A stretch of 64,000 nucleotides of DNA from Chthonomonadales bacterium (lineage in GTDB: Bacteria > Armatimonadota > Chthonomonadetes > Chthonomonadales > CAJBBX01): assembly GCA_037443035.1 (NCBI GenBank), contig JBBIPC010000002.1, positions 192,001 to 256,000 on the forward strand. The letters are read 5' to 3'. Below are positions 39,219 through 50,300 of the stretch, piece by piece; position 1 is the stretch's first letter, and each line of letters opens with the position of its first letter. The notes below the pieces were generated by a model. It searched no databases. It was not told the DNA's origin and saw only the letters and a program-made list of their open reading frames with translations. The position numbers and the translations under genes were made by a program.

Positions 39219-40882
39219 CGACCTCGTCCTCTCGTGCCCTTTTCATCACCCAGATTCTCACGGCGCTCAACCTCAACGCCTTCGTTGTCAAGAAGAAGCG
39301 GCTCAGAGCCTGGTTGGCGACTGCCGGTCTTACGCTTGCGCTGACGCCCAGCTACGCCGGCATCGCGAGCATGCAGGTGCTGGCCTTCGCGTTCTTGCGG
39401 AAGCACGGTCTGCCACTGGAAGACCTGCTACTGACAGGACTCTACGCCGCTGGACAGATCGTCCTGCTTATTGCGGCGATACCGATTGTCTACTCGTCGC
39501 TTTACCAGTCCAATGAACTCTCCATACTACTGCCCCTGCCATATCGTCCCTGGCAGATCGTCGCAGCGAAGCTTGGCGCCATCTACATTCCCGAACTGCT
39601 CCTTGGCTGGGCCTTCTTCTTGCCCGGCCTGATCACTTACTACGCCTACGGATACGCCTCGCCGCTCCATCTGCCCGTCACCCTGGTCGGCCTCATGTTC
39701 ATGCCGGTCATACCGCTGGCGTTGTCGTCCATTGTGTGCATTCTCGTAGCCAACATACCGGGGATTGGCCGTAGCCGCTGGTTCTGGTACATCGGCATCA
39801 CGCTTGCCCTGGTGGGTGTCTCCTTCCTGCCCATGATGGCCATGTCGGCAGACGACCCGGGCATGATGTCGGACCTCGTGCAAATCCGTATGCGTCAGAT
39901 CAGCCACCTGGCGAGGCTCATGCCCGGGGTTCAGTACGCCATGTACGCGCTGGTCGGTGACACGTGGATGGCGGCGCTTCAGCAGTTGGTCCATCTCGTC
40001 ATTGTGGCGGCCTACGCCGTCGCCGTCCTGGGCATTGGCAACCGCTTCTACATCGGACCCATACTTCGCGGCACTCCTGCCGCCAATCGCCGGTCCGCAC
40101 AGGCCGAACGGGCGCAGGAGCGGGGCATTCTGGCCTCTCTCATTCGGAAGGAGCTGCTGTGCACCCTAAAGGACCCGGCAGTTGCCATGAACGGCCTTGG
40201 CGGCTACATCGCTCTTCCTCTGCTCGCCGTCACCTATACCGTCCTCAAGTACCAGACTAGAGGCAAAGTTGACATTATCGGCCAGATCGATAAGCTACTA
40301 CACAGCGAGGCCTTCTCGCAACATCTGCCTTTCTTCGTCGTGGGGATTGCACTGGCTCTGGCCATGTTCGGCAGCATGTCTTCGCTTTTCGCCGCCAGCT
40401 ACTCCAAGGATGGCAAGCGGCTCTGGGTCGAGAAGTCTTTGCCGCTACCTCCCTTCGCCATCTACCTGGGGAAGTTCTGGGCCGCGTTCCTCATGATCAG
40501 CGCACTGAACCTCCTCACGGTGGCGGTATTCTCTCTGGCCATACCCATTCGCGCGCATGAGTGGTCTTTCGTTGTGGCCCTTAGCGAAGCTGTCATCGCC
40601 TGGAGCGGCGCTGGCGGTCTAGCCATAGACGCCGTGCGGCCGAAGCTGGTCTGGAAGGACACGGTACAGGCCGTCAAGCAGAACATGAATGTGGTGCTGG
40701 GTCTGGGTGTTACCATGGCCGGACTGGGCCTGAACGTGCTACTGCTATGGCGGCTGTACCAAGCAGAAGCCGACCCGTGGTTTGTGTACGCCGGAGCGAT
40801 GGCACTGAACCTTGCATTCCTAGTCGCGGCCTTTGTCGCGGGCAGACGCGCTGCCGAAAGGCTTCGTTCCGTCATGGTCTAG
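39215..40882 (+). CDS. ABC-2-type transporter permease
   Basis: Multi-pass membrane protein with an ATGA overlap to the ATPase. Contains LLPLPYRPWQIVAAKL and RPKLVW. Confidence 0.8.
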   Translation: MTTSSSRALFITQILTALNLNAFVVKKKRLRAWLATAGLTLALTPSYAGIASMQVLAFAFLRKHGLPLEDLLLTGLYAAGQIVLLIAAIPIVYSSLYQSNELSILLPLPYRPWQIVAAKLGAIYIPELLLGWAFFLPGLITYYAYGYASPLHLPVTLVGLMFMPVIPLALSSIVCILVANIPGIGRSRWFWYIGITLALVGVSFLPMMAMSADDPGMMSDLVQIRMRQISHLARLMPGVQYAMYALVGDTWMAALQQLVHLVIVAAYAVAVLGIGNRFYIGPILRGTPAANRRSAQAERAQERGILASLIRKELLCTLKDPAVAMNGLGGYIALPLLAVTYTVLKYQTRGKVDIIGQIDKLLHSEAFSQHLPFFVVGIALALAMFGSMSSLFAASYSKDGKRLWVEKSLPLPPFAIYLGKFWAAFLMISALNLLTVAVFSLAIPIRAHEWSFVVALSEAVIAWSGAGGLAIDAVRPKLVWKDTVQAVKQNMNVVLGLGVTMAGLGLNVLLLWRLYQAEADPWFVYAGAMALNLAFLVAAFVAGRRAAERLRSVMV

Positions 40883-40935
40883 GTGGAACGCCCGACCACC
40901 GCGAGGGCAGCCTGTATAGGCTACAATAGGCCGCC

Positions 40936-42264
40936 ATGCTTCGTGCCGCGGCAACGCCCTTGGCCATCCTCGTCCTCGCCTTGACGGTCTGGTACAGCGA
41001 GGTCGTCGTCCGACCTCCTGTACGTCCAGGACCGGTGGAAGTCATCTACTGGGAAAAGTGGACCAGCTTCGAAGGCGACGCCATGCGCGCAGTGGTGGAT
41101 GCTTTCAACCGCAAACAGAACCGCATCTTCGTCAAGCTCCTGACCATCAGCGGCATCGAGAACAAGACACTCATGGCGGTTGCGGGTGGCAACCCACCCG
41201 ATGTAGCCGGACTCTACGGCCCCAACGTGGCTCAGTACGCTGACGACCAGGCCATCATGCCACTGGACGATTTCTGCGCCGCACACGGCATCAACGCTTC
41301 CCAGTACATTCCGTGTTACTGGGATATCGGCGTATACAGAGGACGGGTGTACTCCCTGCCGACCACACCTGCGTCTACCGCACTCCACTATAACAGGCGC
41401 ATGCTGCGCGAGGCCGGTCTCGATCCCAACCGCCCGCCACGCACCATCGAGGAGCTCGACCAGTATGCTGAGAAGATCACGCGCAGAGACAGCCGCGGAC
41501 GGATCGTTCGAGCCGGCTTCATGCCTGCCGAACCGGGGTGGTGGAACTGGGGCTGGGGATGCATCTTCGGCGGGAAGCTCTGGGATGGGAAGACGCGAAT
41601 CACCGCCAACGCTCCCGAGAACGTTCGCGCCTTCGAGTGGATACGGTCGTACAGCGTCAAGTATGGTGCCACCGACCTGCAGACCTTCCGCAGCGGATTC
41701 GGCAACTTCTCGTCACCTCAGAATGCATTTCTCGCGGAACAAGTGGCCATGGAGCTGCAGGGCGTGTGGATGCACAATTTCATCAGCATGTACGCTCCTG
41801 GTCTCGACTGGGCGGCTGCACCGTTCCCCTATCCTGCGGACCGTCCCGACCTGGCGGAAAGCACGTTCGTGGACGAAGACGTCCTTGTCATCCCCAGAGG
41901 TGCAAAGCACCCGCGAGAGGCTTTCGAGTTCATCGCCTTCGTGCAATCCCAGGAGGGTATGGAGCTGCTGTGCATGGGGCAGCGCAAGCATACGCCCCTT
42001 GTCAAGGTCAGCGATCGGTTCTGGAAGACCCACCCCAACCCGTACGTGAAGCTGTTTGCACGCCTGGCATACAGCCCGAACGCCATCGCGCCTCCTAAGC
42101 TGCCCTTGTGGCCCGAGTACGGCGCCGAGTTGAACAACGCCTTCGACGAAGTCGTACTCCTCAAGAAGACACCACAACAGGCGCTGGATGCGGTACAGGC
42201 GAGGATGCAGCCGAAGCTCGACCAATACGTTCGCCTGTCCCGCCTGCGGGGAGAGGAACCATGA
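40936..42264 (+). CDS. Carbohydrate ABC transporter substrate-binding protein
   Basis: Motifs AVAGGNPPDV, YSLP, YNRRMLREAGLD..PPRTIEEL and AFEFIAF. Confidence 0.92.
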   Translation: MLRAAATPLAILVLALTVWYSEVVVRPPVRPGPVEVIYWEKWTSFEGDAMRAVVDAFNRKQNRIFVKLLTISGIENKTLMAVAGGNPPDVAGLYGPNVAQYADDQAIMPLDDFCAAHGINASQYIPCYWDIGVYRGRVYSLPTTPASTALHYNRRMLREAGLDPNRPPRTIEELDQYAEKITRRDSRGRIVRAGFMPAEPGWWNWGWGCIFGGKLWDGKTRITANAPENVRAFEWIRSYSVKYGATDLQTFRSGFGNFSSPQNAFLAEQVAMELQGVWMHNFISMYAPGLDWAAAPFPYPADRPDLAESTFVDEDVLVIPRGAKHPREAFEFIAFVQSQEGMELLCMGQRKHTPLVKVSDRFWKTHPNPYVKLFARLAYSPNAIAPPKLPLWPEYGAELNNAFDEVVLLKKTPQQALDAVQARMQPKLDQYVRLSRLRGEEP

Positions 42265-43316
42265 GACGCGAGACGAGAACAGCGCTGCTCTTCGCCTCAC
42301 CGTGGTTCGTCGGTTTCAGCGTGTTTCTCGCCTACCCGCTCGCAGCGTCCCTGTACTACAGCTTCTGCGACTATTCTGTTCTCCGGTCGCCCGTGTGGGT
42401 TGGTTGGCTGAACTTCCGCAACCTGATCGCTGACGAGGTCTTCTGGGCCAGTCTGAAGAACACGGCGATCTACGCCGCCATGGCGCTACCGCTCGGCATG
42501 CTGACAGCCCTCTCCCTCGCCCTCTTGCTGAACACGAAGGTGAAGGGGATGACCGTCTATCGGACGATCTTCTTCTTGCCATCTCTCGTGCCCACGATTC
42601 CGCTGGCCGTGCTCTGGCTGTGGGTCTTCAACGGTGAACACGGCATTCTGAACTACGCTCTGGAGTATCTGCCCGCGGCCGTCATCCTCGGGCTACCGCT
42701 GTTGATTGGCATCGTCGCCGCCTGCGTCGGCTATGCATCAGGCCGACGTCAGTTAGGACACGGGCTTCTGGTCATGACCCTGGTCATCCTGGCAGCGACG
42801 GTCTGGGCTGGGGGAGTCGGGATGGGTCTACTTCAGAAGCTCCACGCGATAGTGCGGCTGCCGACGCCGAACTGGCTCAGCGATACTGCCTGGTCGAAGC
42901 CCGCCCTGGCACTCATGGCGTTGTGGGGATCGGGCAATGCCATGGTCATCTACCTCGCCGGTCTGCAGGACGTCCCGACGGAGATGTACGAAGCTGCAGA
43001 GCTCGACGGCGCCGGATGGTGGGCGCGGACCCGCAACGTCACCATACCCTTCGTCTCGCCTGTCATCCTCTTCAACGGTATTATGGGCATCATCGGCACG
43101 CTGCAGGTTTTCGCGGAGCCCTACGTCATGTTCCCTGGAGGCTCACCGGCTCGTTCCACATACTTCTACACGATGTACCTGTTCGACAACGCCTTCATCT
43201 ACCACAAGATGGGCTATGCCTGCGCCATGGGCTGGATCATGTTCCTCATCATCCTCGGACTCACGCTGCTTGCTCTCCGCCTCTCGGAGAGGCATGTGCA
43301 CTACCAGGGAGGCTAG
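42261..43316 (+). CDS. Carbohydrate ABC transporter permease
   Basis: Motifs FASPWFVGF and YRTIFFLPS, and the EAA loop YEAAELDGAG. ATGA overlap with the substrate-binding protein. Confidence 0.93.
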   Translation: MRRETRTALLFASPWFVGFSVFLAYPLAASLYYSFCDYSVLRSPVWVGWLNFRNLIADEVFWASLKNTAIYAAMALPLGMLTALSLALLLNTKVKGMTVYRTIFFLPSLVPTIPLAVLWLWVFNGEHGILNYALEYLPAAVILGLPLLIGIVAACVGYASGRRQLGHGLLVMTLVILAATVWAGGVGMGLLQKLHAIVRLPTPNWLSDTAWSKPALALMALWGSGNAMVIYLAGLQDVPTEMYEAAELDGAGWWARTRNVTIPFVSPVILFNGIMGIIGTLQVFAEPYVMFPGGSPARSTYFYTMYLFDNAFIYHKMGYACAMGWIMFLIILGLTLLALRLSERHVHYQGG

Positions 43317-43436
43317 GGTGATGAGCGAACATCATGGGACGGTCCGGATCGCTGCCTCGCGCCGGCAGACGCAACCGGACTGTAGCACCCGGCAAGTTCC
43401 GGGGCGCCTCACGCGACGGATAGGGCCTAGCGAAAG

Positions 43437-44324
43437 ATGGCCGTGAACGCACCTGCGTCCAAGCAGAAACCTCGCCTGAGGGATCAGCGACATCAGTGGC
43501 TGGTCCACCTGGTGCTGATGCTCCTGTCCGTGGCGTTTCTCTTTCCCCTTCTCTGGCTGATTTCGACCGCCCTGAAGCCCATCGAAGAGACCATGCGACA
43601 ACCGCCGACTCTGTTCCCTTCCAGTATTCAGTGGCACAACTTCCGAGATGCTTTCGTCTACGGGGCCGACAAGCTGGGGTACATCCCGTTTCTTGTCTAC
43701 GGACGGAATACGCTCCTTCTCTGCATCCTTGGCGTGTCCGGGGTGGTTGTTTCCAACTCGGTAGTTGCGTACGCCTTCGCACGTCTCCGATGGCCAGGGA
43801 GAGACATCCTGTTCGCGGCCACGTTGGCAACGATGATGATCCCGTTCCCGGTCCTCATGGTCCCCATCTACGCGTTCTGGCGCTCGCTCGGCTGGATAGG
43901 GACGTTCAAACCGCTCTGGGTGCCTGCATGGTTCGGGAGCGCGTTCAACATCTTTCTCTTGCGCCAGTTCTTCCGCACCATCCCGTTGGAGCTCTCTGAA
44001 GCCGCCCGGATAGACGGCTGCTCAGAATGGGGCATCTTCCGGCAGGTCGTGCTTCCACTGGCCAAGCCGGCTCTGGCAGTTGTCGCGCTCTTTCACTTCA
44101 TGTATACATGGCGCGACTTCCTCGGACCGCTCATCTACCTCATGGACCAGAGGACCTTCACGCTGTCCCTCGGGCTACAGTTCTACCAGAGCCAGCACGG
44201 TGGCACGCAATGGCATCTTCTCATGGCCGCCTCCACGATCGTCATCGCTCCGGTCATTGTCCTCTTCTTCTTCACCCAGAAGCAGTTCATCCAGGGCATC
44301 GCGGTCACAGGTATCAAGGGCTGA
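43437..44324 (+). CDS. Carbohydrate ABC transporter permease
   Basis: Motifs AYAFARL, FLLRQFF..IPLELSEAARIDG and QKQFIQGI. Confidence 0.95.
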   Translation: MAVNAPASKQKPRLRDQRHQWLVHLVLMLLSVAFLFPLLWLISTALKPIEETMRQPPTLFPSSIQWHNFRDAFVYGADKLGYIPFLVYGRNTLLLCILGVSGVVVSNSVVAYAFARLRWPGRDILFAATLATMMIPFPVLMVPIYAFWRSLGWIGTFKPLWVPAWFGSAFNIFLLRQFFRTIPLELSEAARIDGCSEWGIFRQVVLPLAKPALAVVALFHFMYTWRDFLGPLIYLMDQRTFTLSLGLQFYQSQHGGTQWHLLMAASTIVIAPVIVLFFFTQKQFIQGIAVTGIKG

Positions 44325-44386
44325 CCCATCGGTCGCCATGTATGGGGGGTGCTGAACACGCAGCGCCCGTGAGCGAGGTAACACGC

Positions 44387-45904
44387 ATGACGCATCCCAT
44401 GACTTTGGCATTCGTGCTGTTAGCCGCCAGCGGGAGGCTTCTCGCTGCTGACGTCTCGGTACGGACATACGGAGCCAGGGGCGATGGTGTGCACGATGAT
44501 ACGGCTGCGTTCGGCCAAGCCCTGAGTGCCGCAGCGAAGTCGGGAGGGGTCGTACGCGTGCCGTCCGTGGGACCTGGCCGCGGGTATGTCATCTCCGGGA
44601 CGCTGACCATACCTGCAGGTGTTTCTCTCGTTGGCAGTCCTGCGGGGTTTGCCAACAATGCTTGGGCCGCCTTCTCCATGCCAGAGAGCATCCTCGTGGG
44701 CGCGAAGATACTGGCCCGTCCCAAACCGGACGATTACACCGGCGCGAAGAAGCGTCCGCTCTTCGAACTGCCCGGTGGTTCTACGGTGAGGGGGTTGTAC
44801 ATTCTGTACGACCAGCAACCCTGGCCCTCGGACGAGGAGTTCGCCGACGCGGCCTCACCGTTTCACTACCCGGATTACGCCAGCGCGCGTCGCCTCTTTC
44901 TGCGTCAGCACGTGAAACCCTATGGCCCGACCTTCTACGTCACCGGTCCCAACGTGGTGATCGAGGACATCGTCTGTGATAGGTACTACGACTTCTTCGT
45001 GCAAGCTCGCGGTGGTCGCACCTACGTTGACCGGGTGAGCCTCTACGGCTACAGGTGCGGATTCGCTTACAGGGAATGCCTCGACGTCAATCGTCTGTCG
45101 CGCGTCCACCTCGTACCCAACGTAGGTCCGGCATGTCCTGGCAAGGCTCTCCCAGGCAAGACGTACACGTGGATCTATGGGATCATCGCATCAAGTGCCG
45201 ACAACGTTGGGGTGCACGTAGCGCGTTCCGATGGATATGTCTTCCGTGATCTGATGTTCTTTGGCGTGCACACCGCACTGCGATTGGGTGCTTCTCGCGA
45301 CTATCCTCTGCACGACACTGTCGAGGGCGTGGAGGCATATGAGCAGGAGGCGTCCCAGGTCCGCCATGGCTTCGGATCTTCTTACGTTGCACAGGGTCCG
45401 TGGGGGTCCGTGAGCGAGCTCACCGCTGATCTATGCGCCGTAGGCGTCCACTTGGTCTGGCCGACGCCGCTGACCAACCGCCTGACGAACGTCATCGTCC
45501 ACACTGGCATCACCGACGACCGGTCCTTCCTGGTTCCGGGCAAGGACGCATCGCCAATTGGACGCCAGGCCGCAGTCCTGGTGGAATCGAGCCATTCAGT
45601 CACGAACAACATTGGCATCGTACCGGCACTGCTCATCTGCAACCTATCCGTAGGCTCCTTCCACGATCCAGGGCGCTTCGGGCCGGCCGCTGCTGACGCG
45701 TCGCGTTGTCGAGGCCGTGCGTTTCTCGTAGACGGCGACGTTGCCATCGAGATAGCCAACGCCCAGATTAACAGCCCCTATACTGAGGACTCGACCATCG
45801 CCTTCGGACCGGCTGCCAGCAAGGCCACGCTCAGAATCCGCGGACTGTTGCGCACGGGCAACGCCTGCCCCGATCTGGTCCTGAAGGGACCACCCGGGCA
45901 ATAA
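44387..45904 (+). CDS. Secreted right-handed beta-helix (Pectate_lyase_3/GH28-related) protein
   Basis: Signal peptide, then VSVRTYGARGDGVHDDTAAF..A...GGVVRVP. Confidence 0.75.
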   Translation: MTHPMTLAFVLLAASGRLLAADVSVRTYGARGDGVHDDTAAFGQALSAAAKSGGVVRVPSVGPGRGYVISGTLTIPAGVSLVGSPAGFANNAWAAFSMPESILVGAKILARPKPDDYTGAKKRPLFELPGGSTVRGLYILYDQQPWPSDEEFADAASPFHYPDYASARRLFLRQHVKPYGPTFYVTGPNVVIEDIVCDRYYDFFVQARGGRTYVDRVSLYGYRCGFAYRECLDVNRLSRVHLVPNVGPACPGKALPGKTYTWIYGIIASSADNVGVHVARSDGYVFRDLMFFGVHTALRLGASRDYPLHDTVEGVEAYEQEASQVRHGFGSSYVAQGPWGSVSELTADLCAVGVHLVWPTPLTNRLTNVIVHTGITDDRSFLVPGKDASPIGRQAAVLVESSHSVTNNIGIVPALLICNLSVGSFHDPGRFGPAAADASRCRGRAFLVDGDVAIEIANAQINSPYTEDSTIAFGPAASKATLRIRGLLRTGNACPDLVLKGPPGQ

Positions 45905-45926
45905 GATTGCCCGACCCAAGTTGCTA

Positions 45927-47366
45927 TCAGGCCAAGAGCGTCTCGCCCATAAGGAACTGGTCGATCCCACGCGCAGCCCTGCGCCCTTCTGCAATGGCCC
46001 ACACAATCAGGGACTGTCCACGGCGCATATCTCCGGCTGCGAATACGCCACGCACCGATGTCATGCGGTTCGCATCCGTCTGGACGTTGCCTCTGGCATC
46101 CAGCTTCACTCGGAGATCCGCCAGGAGACCATCGTGCTGAGGGTGCAGGAAACCCATGGCGAGCAGTACGAGGTCTGCCTCTACCGTGAACTCGCTGCCA
46201 GAGATCTCCCGCATGGGCCTCCGGCCGTCGGGCCCAGGTTCACCGAACTCCACACGCACGCAGCGGAGACGCCGGACGCGCCCACCCTCGCCCTCGAACG
46301 CCTTGGTACTCACCGACCATATCCGCGTGCCGCCTTCCTCGTGCGCTGACGATGTTCGGAGGATCATCGGGTACGTAGGCCACGGCTGAGAGGGATCTCT
46401 CTTCTCCGGTGGCTTCGGAAGGAGCTCGATCTGCGTAACCTCAGCCGCGCCCTGGCGCAAGGCTGTCCCCAGACAGTCGGCGCCGGTGTCGCCGCCTCCC
46501 AGGATCACGACGCGCTTACCGGCAGCCGTTATGCGCAGGTCGTCGGGAACATGGTCACCCGCGTTGACACGGTTCTGCTGTGCCAGGAACTCCATGGCGA
46601 AGTGGATACCCCGAAGTTCACGTCCAGGCACATTCAGATCCCTGGGGATGGTCGAGCCACCGGCCAGGCAGACTGCGTCGAATCGGCCACGCAGTTGAGC
46701 TGCCGTGATATCCACGCCGACGTTGACGCGCGGTCGGAAAATGACACCTTCCTCCGCCATGAGCGCCAACCGCCTGTCCAGGACCCGCTTGTCGAGTTTG
46801 AAATCAGGGATTCCGTAGCGCAGTAATCCCCCGATGCGGTCGGCACGCTCGAACACGGTCACGAGATGGCCGGCCCGGTTGAGCTGCTGAGCGACGGCTA
46901 GACCGGCGGGGCCGGATCCCACCACTGCGACGGTCCTACCTGTGCGGACGGAAGGAGGTTCTGGCACAACCCAGCCTTCGGCAAAGCCGATGTCAATAAT
47001 GTGCTGTTCTATCTGCTTGATCGTCACAGCCGGCTGGTTGTAGCCAAGCACACAGGAATACTCGCATGGTGCGGGACACAGGCGCCCCGTGAACTCCGGG
47101 AAGTTGTTGGTCGCGTGCAGCCGATCCAGTGCTTCTCGCATGCGCCCGCGATATACCAAGTCGTTGAAATCTGGGATGATGTTGGTTAGTGGGCAGCCGT
47201 AGTGGCAGAAGGGCACCCCACAGTCCATGCAGCGGGCGGCCTGCTCGCGAAGCGCGGCTGGTTCCAGAGGCAAGACGAACTCCTGCCAGTCCCGAACCCG
47301 CTCTTGCGCTGGACGCGTTGGCGCGAGCTTCCGCGTGTGTTTCAGAAACCCCCGCGGATCAGCCAT
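45927..47366 (-). CDS. gltD: Glutamate synthase small subunit
   Basis: Motifs [42 protein letters not shown] and [10 protein letters not shown]. Confidence 0.97.
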   Translation of the reverse strand: MADPRGFLKHTRKLAPTRPAQERVRDWQEFVLPLEPAALREQAARCMDCGVPFCHYGCPLTNIIPDFNDLVYRGRMREALDRLHATNNFPEFTGRLCPAPCEYSCVLGYNQPAVTIKQIEQHIIDIGFAEGWVVPEPPSVRTGRTVAVVGSGPAGLAVAQQLNRAGHLVTVFERADRIGGLLRYGIPDFKLDKRVLDRRLALMAEEGVIFRPRVNVGVDITAAQLRGRFDAVCLAGGSTIPRDLNVPGRELRGIHFAMEFLAQQNRVNAGDHVPDDLRITAAGKRVVILGGGDTGADCLGTALRQGAAEVTQIELLPKPPEKRDPSQPWPTYPMILRTSSAHEEGGTRIWSVSTKAFEGEGGRVRRLRCVRVEFGEPGPDGRRPMREISGSEFTVEADLVLLAMGFLHPQHDGLLADLRVKLDARGNVQTDANRMTSVRGVFAAGDMRRGQSLIVWAIAEGRRAARGIDQFLMGETLLA

Positions 47367-50300
47367 GCTTCGCTCCGCCGGCTATTGCCTGAACCACATC
47401 GTCCACGTCCTCACGCCCTTCAGCAAGGGCAGCGAGCATCGTCCGGTACTCGAGCGACCATACCTTGTAGAACTCACTCAGTATTTCAGGCCAGCCGTCC
47501 AGAATCTCGCGCGCACGCCGACTTCCCGTGAGCATGTAGTGGTTCTCGATGAGCCGCAGAAGGATGTCCCGATCCTCCTCGTCCTCCACACGCTCTAAGA
47601 GGATGGAGCCGTGGCCGAAGTTCACGCGCGTGCGAAACTTCCCGTCCACATCATAGACGAAGGCGATCCCTCCACTCATGCCAGCGGCGAAGTTGCGACC
47701 CGTCTTACCCAGCACAACAACTACTCCGCCCGTCATGTATTCGCAGCAGTGGTCGCCTGTGCCCTCGACCACGGCTTTGGCTCCGCTGTTGCGCACGGCG
47801 AATCTCTCACCCACCACGCCGCGGAGGTAGACTTCGCCGTTCGTTGCACCATAGAGGAGGGTGTTGCCAGCGATGATGTTCTCCTCTGCGGGGAAGGTCG
47901 CCTCACGCGGAGGAAAGGCAATGATCTTGCCGCCAGACAGCCCCTTGCCGAGGTAGTCGTTCGCGTCTCCCTCCAGTACGATGGTGATGCCGCGGGCGAG
48001 AAACGCTCCCAGCGACTGACCAGCGGAGCCTCGGAAGCGAATGGTGATCGTGTCGTCGGGAAGCCCGTCAGCGCCGTATCTCTTGGCAACCTCTCCGCTC
48101 AGCATCGTCCCCACGGTCCGATTGCAGTTCCGAATCGGCCCCTCCACCTCTACGGCGCTGCCATCTTCCAGGGCTGCACGACATGCATCGATGAGATGGT
48201 AGTCAATCGCCTCATCGAGGCCGTGATCCTGGGGCTGCACGCAGCGCACGGCGACGTTGGGTCCGCGTTGAGGCTGCGCCAGGACCATGGATAGGTCGAC
48301 TCCTGCCGCCTTCCAGTGGTTGACTGCCGGTGCGACATCGAGCATGTCAACACGCCCGACCATCTCCTCGAATCGGCGGAAGCCGAGCTGCGCCATGATC
48401 TCCCGCACTTCTCGGGCCACGAAGGTGAAATAGCGTACGACGTGTTCGGGCTTCCCCTGGAATCGCTTCCGAAGCTCCGGATCCTGCGTGGCAACACCAA
48501 CCGGACAGGTGTTCAAGTGGCAGACCCGCATCATCAGGCATCCGAGAGCGATCAGAGGCGCTGTGGAGAAGCCGAACTCCTCGGCGCCAAGTAGTGCTGC
48601 GATCACCACATCCCGGCCTGTCTTGAGTTGACCATCCGTTTGGAGCACAACACGTCCGCGCAGGTCGTTCTTCACGAGGACTTGCTGAGTCTCCGCCAGC
48701 CCGATCTCCCAGGGGATCCCGGCGTGCTTGATGGAGGACAGTGGAGACGCTCCGGTGCCACCGTCGTGGCCGCTGATGAGAATGTGGTCCGCATGGGCTT
48801 TGGCGACTCCAGCCGCGACCGTTCCGACTCCCACCTCCGAGACCAGCTTCACGGAGATCCGCGCCTGCGGGTTCACATTCTTCAGATCGAAGATGAGCTG
48901 CGCCAGGTCTTCGATGGAATAGATGTCATGGTGCGGCGGCGGAGAGATGAGCGTTACGCCTGGCGTCGTGTGGCGGACCCTGGCGATGTAGGACGCCACC
49001 TTCCGGCCCGGCAGCTCCCCTCCTTCGCCTGGCTTGGCTCCCTGGGCCATCTTGATCTGGAGCTCGTCCGCATTGACCAGGTACTCCGTCGTTACCCCGA
49101 AGCGGCCCGACGCGACCTGCTTGATGGCACTCCTGCGGCTATCGCCGTTTTCGTCGCGATGGTACCGAGCCGGATCCTCGCCTCCTTCGCCGGTGTTGCT
49201 CTTGCCACCAAGCCGATTCATGGCTATGGCCAGCGTCTCGTGGGCCTCCCGGCTGATGGACCCCAGCGACATGGCACCGGTAACGAAGCGCCGGACGATA
49301 CTCTCTATCGGCTCCACTTCCTCCAGCGGCACTGGCTCGGCCTGCCTGAACCGCAACAGCCCGCGCAGCGTAGCCAACTGCTCCGATTGCTCATTCACAC
49401 GGGCGCTGAACTGCTTGAACCACTCGTAACTATCCTCGCGCACGGCGCGCTGCAGTGCCGTGATGGTGTCCGGGTTGATCTGGTGGTATTCACCGTCTGC
49501 CCGCCACTTGTAGAGACCGCCCTGGTCCAGTTCCAGACTACACGGTATGTGTTGAGGAGGATAAGCGAAGCGATGCCTGGCGAGTGTCTCTTCCGCAATG
49601 GTCTCCAAGCCCACGCCGCCGATCCTGGAGGGGGTATGGGAGAAGAAGCGGTCAATGAACTCCTCGTTCAGGCCGACCGCTTCGAAGATCTGGGCGCCCC
49701 GGTAAGACTGCAGCGTGGAGATCCCCATCTTGGACATGGTCTTGAGCAAGCCCTTGTTGATGGCCTTGATGTAGTTGTATTCCGCTTGCTCGTAGGTCAT
49801 GTCCTCTGGCAGGTATCCACCGAGGCGGATCATATCGGCCAACGTCTCGAAGGCTAGGTACGGATTGATAGCACTGGCACCGTAACCGATCAGGAGAGCG
49901 AAATGATGCACCTCGCGCGGCTCCCCTGTCTCGACGACGAGAGCGACGTTGGTCCGCGTGCCTTCGCGAATCAGGTGATGGTGGACAGCGGATACCGCCA
50001 GCAAGGCGGGGATGGGGGCGTTGTCCCGGTCCACACCCCGATCGGAGAGTATCAGGATGCTCACGCCGTGCTCTAGTGCCTGGCTTGCTGCCTTGCACAG
50101 GCGATGGAGTGCAGCCTCCATGCCTGCAGTTCCTGCACCGGCGTCGAACAGGATGGACAGTGTACGAGTCTGAAAGCCACGGCTGTCCAAGTTTCGTATC
50201 TTCTCTAGCTCCGCGTTCGTCAGCACCGCCGATTCGAGACGCACCTGCCGGCAGTTTTCCGGCCCTTCGTCGAGCAGGCTGCCATTGGCGCCTATGTAGT

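Noticed and set aside
43317..43436. 120-bp gap between ABC permeases as a possible sRNA or small ORF
   Set aside because: No convincing SD, stable structure or repeat was seen, so a call cannot be supported.
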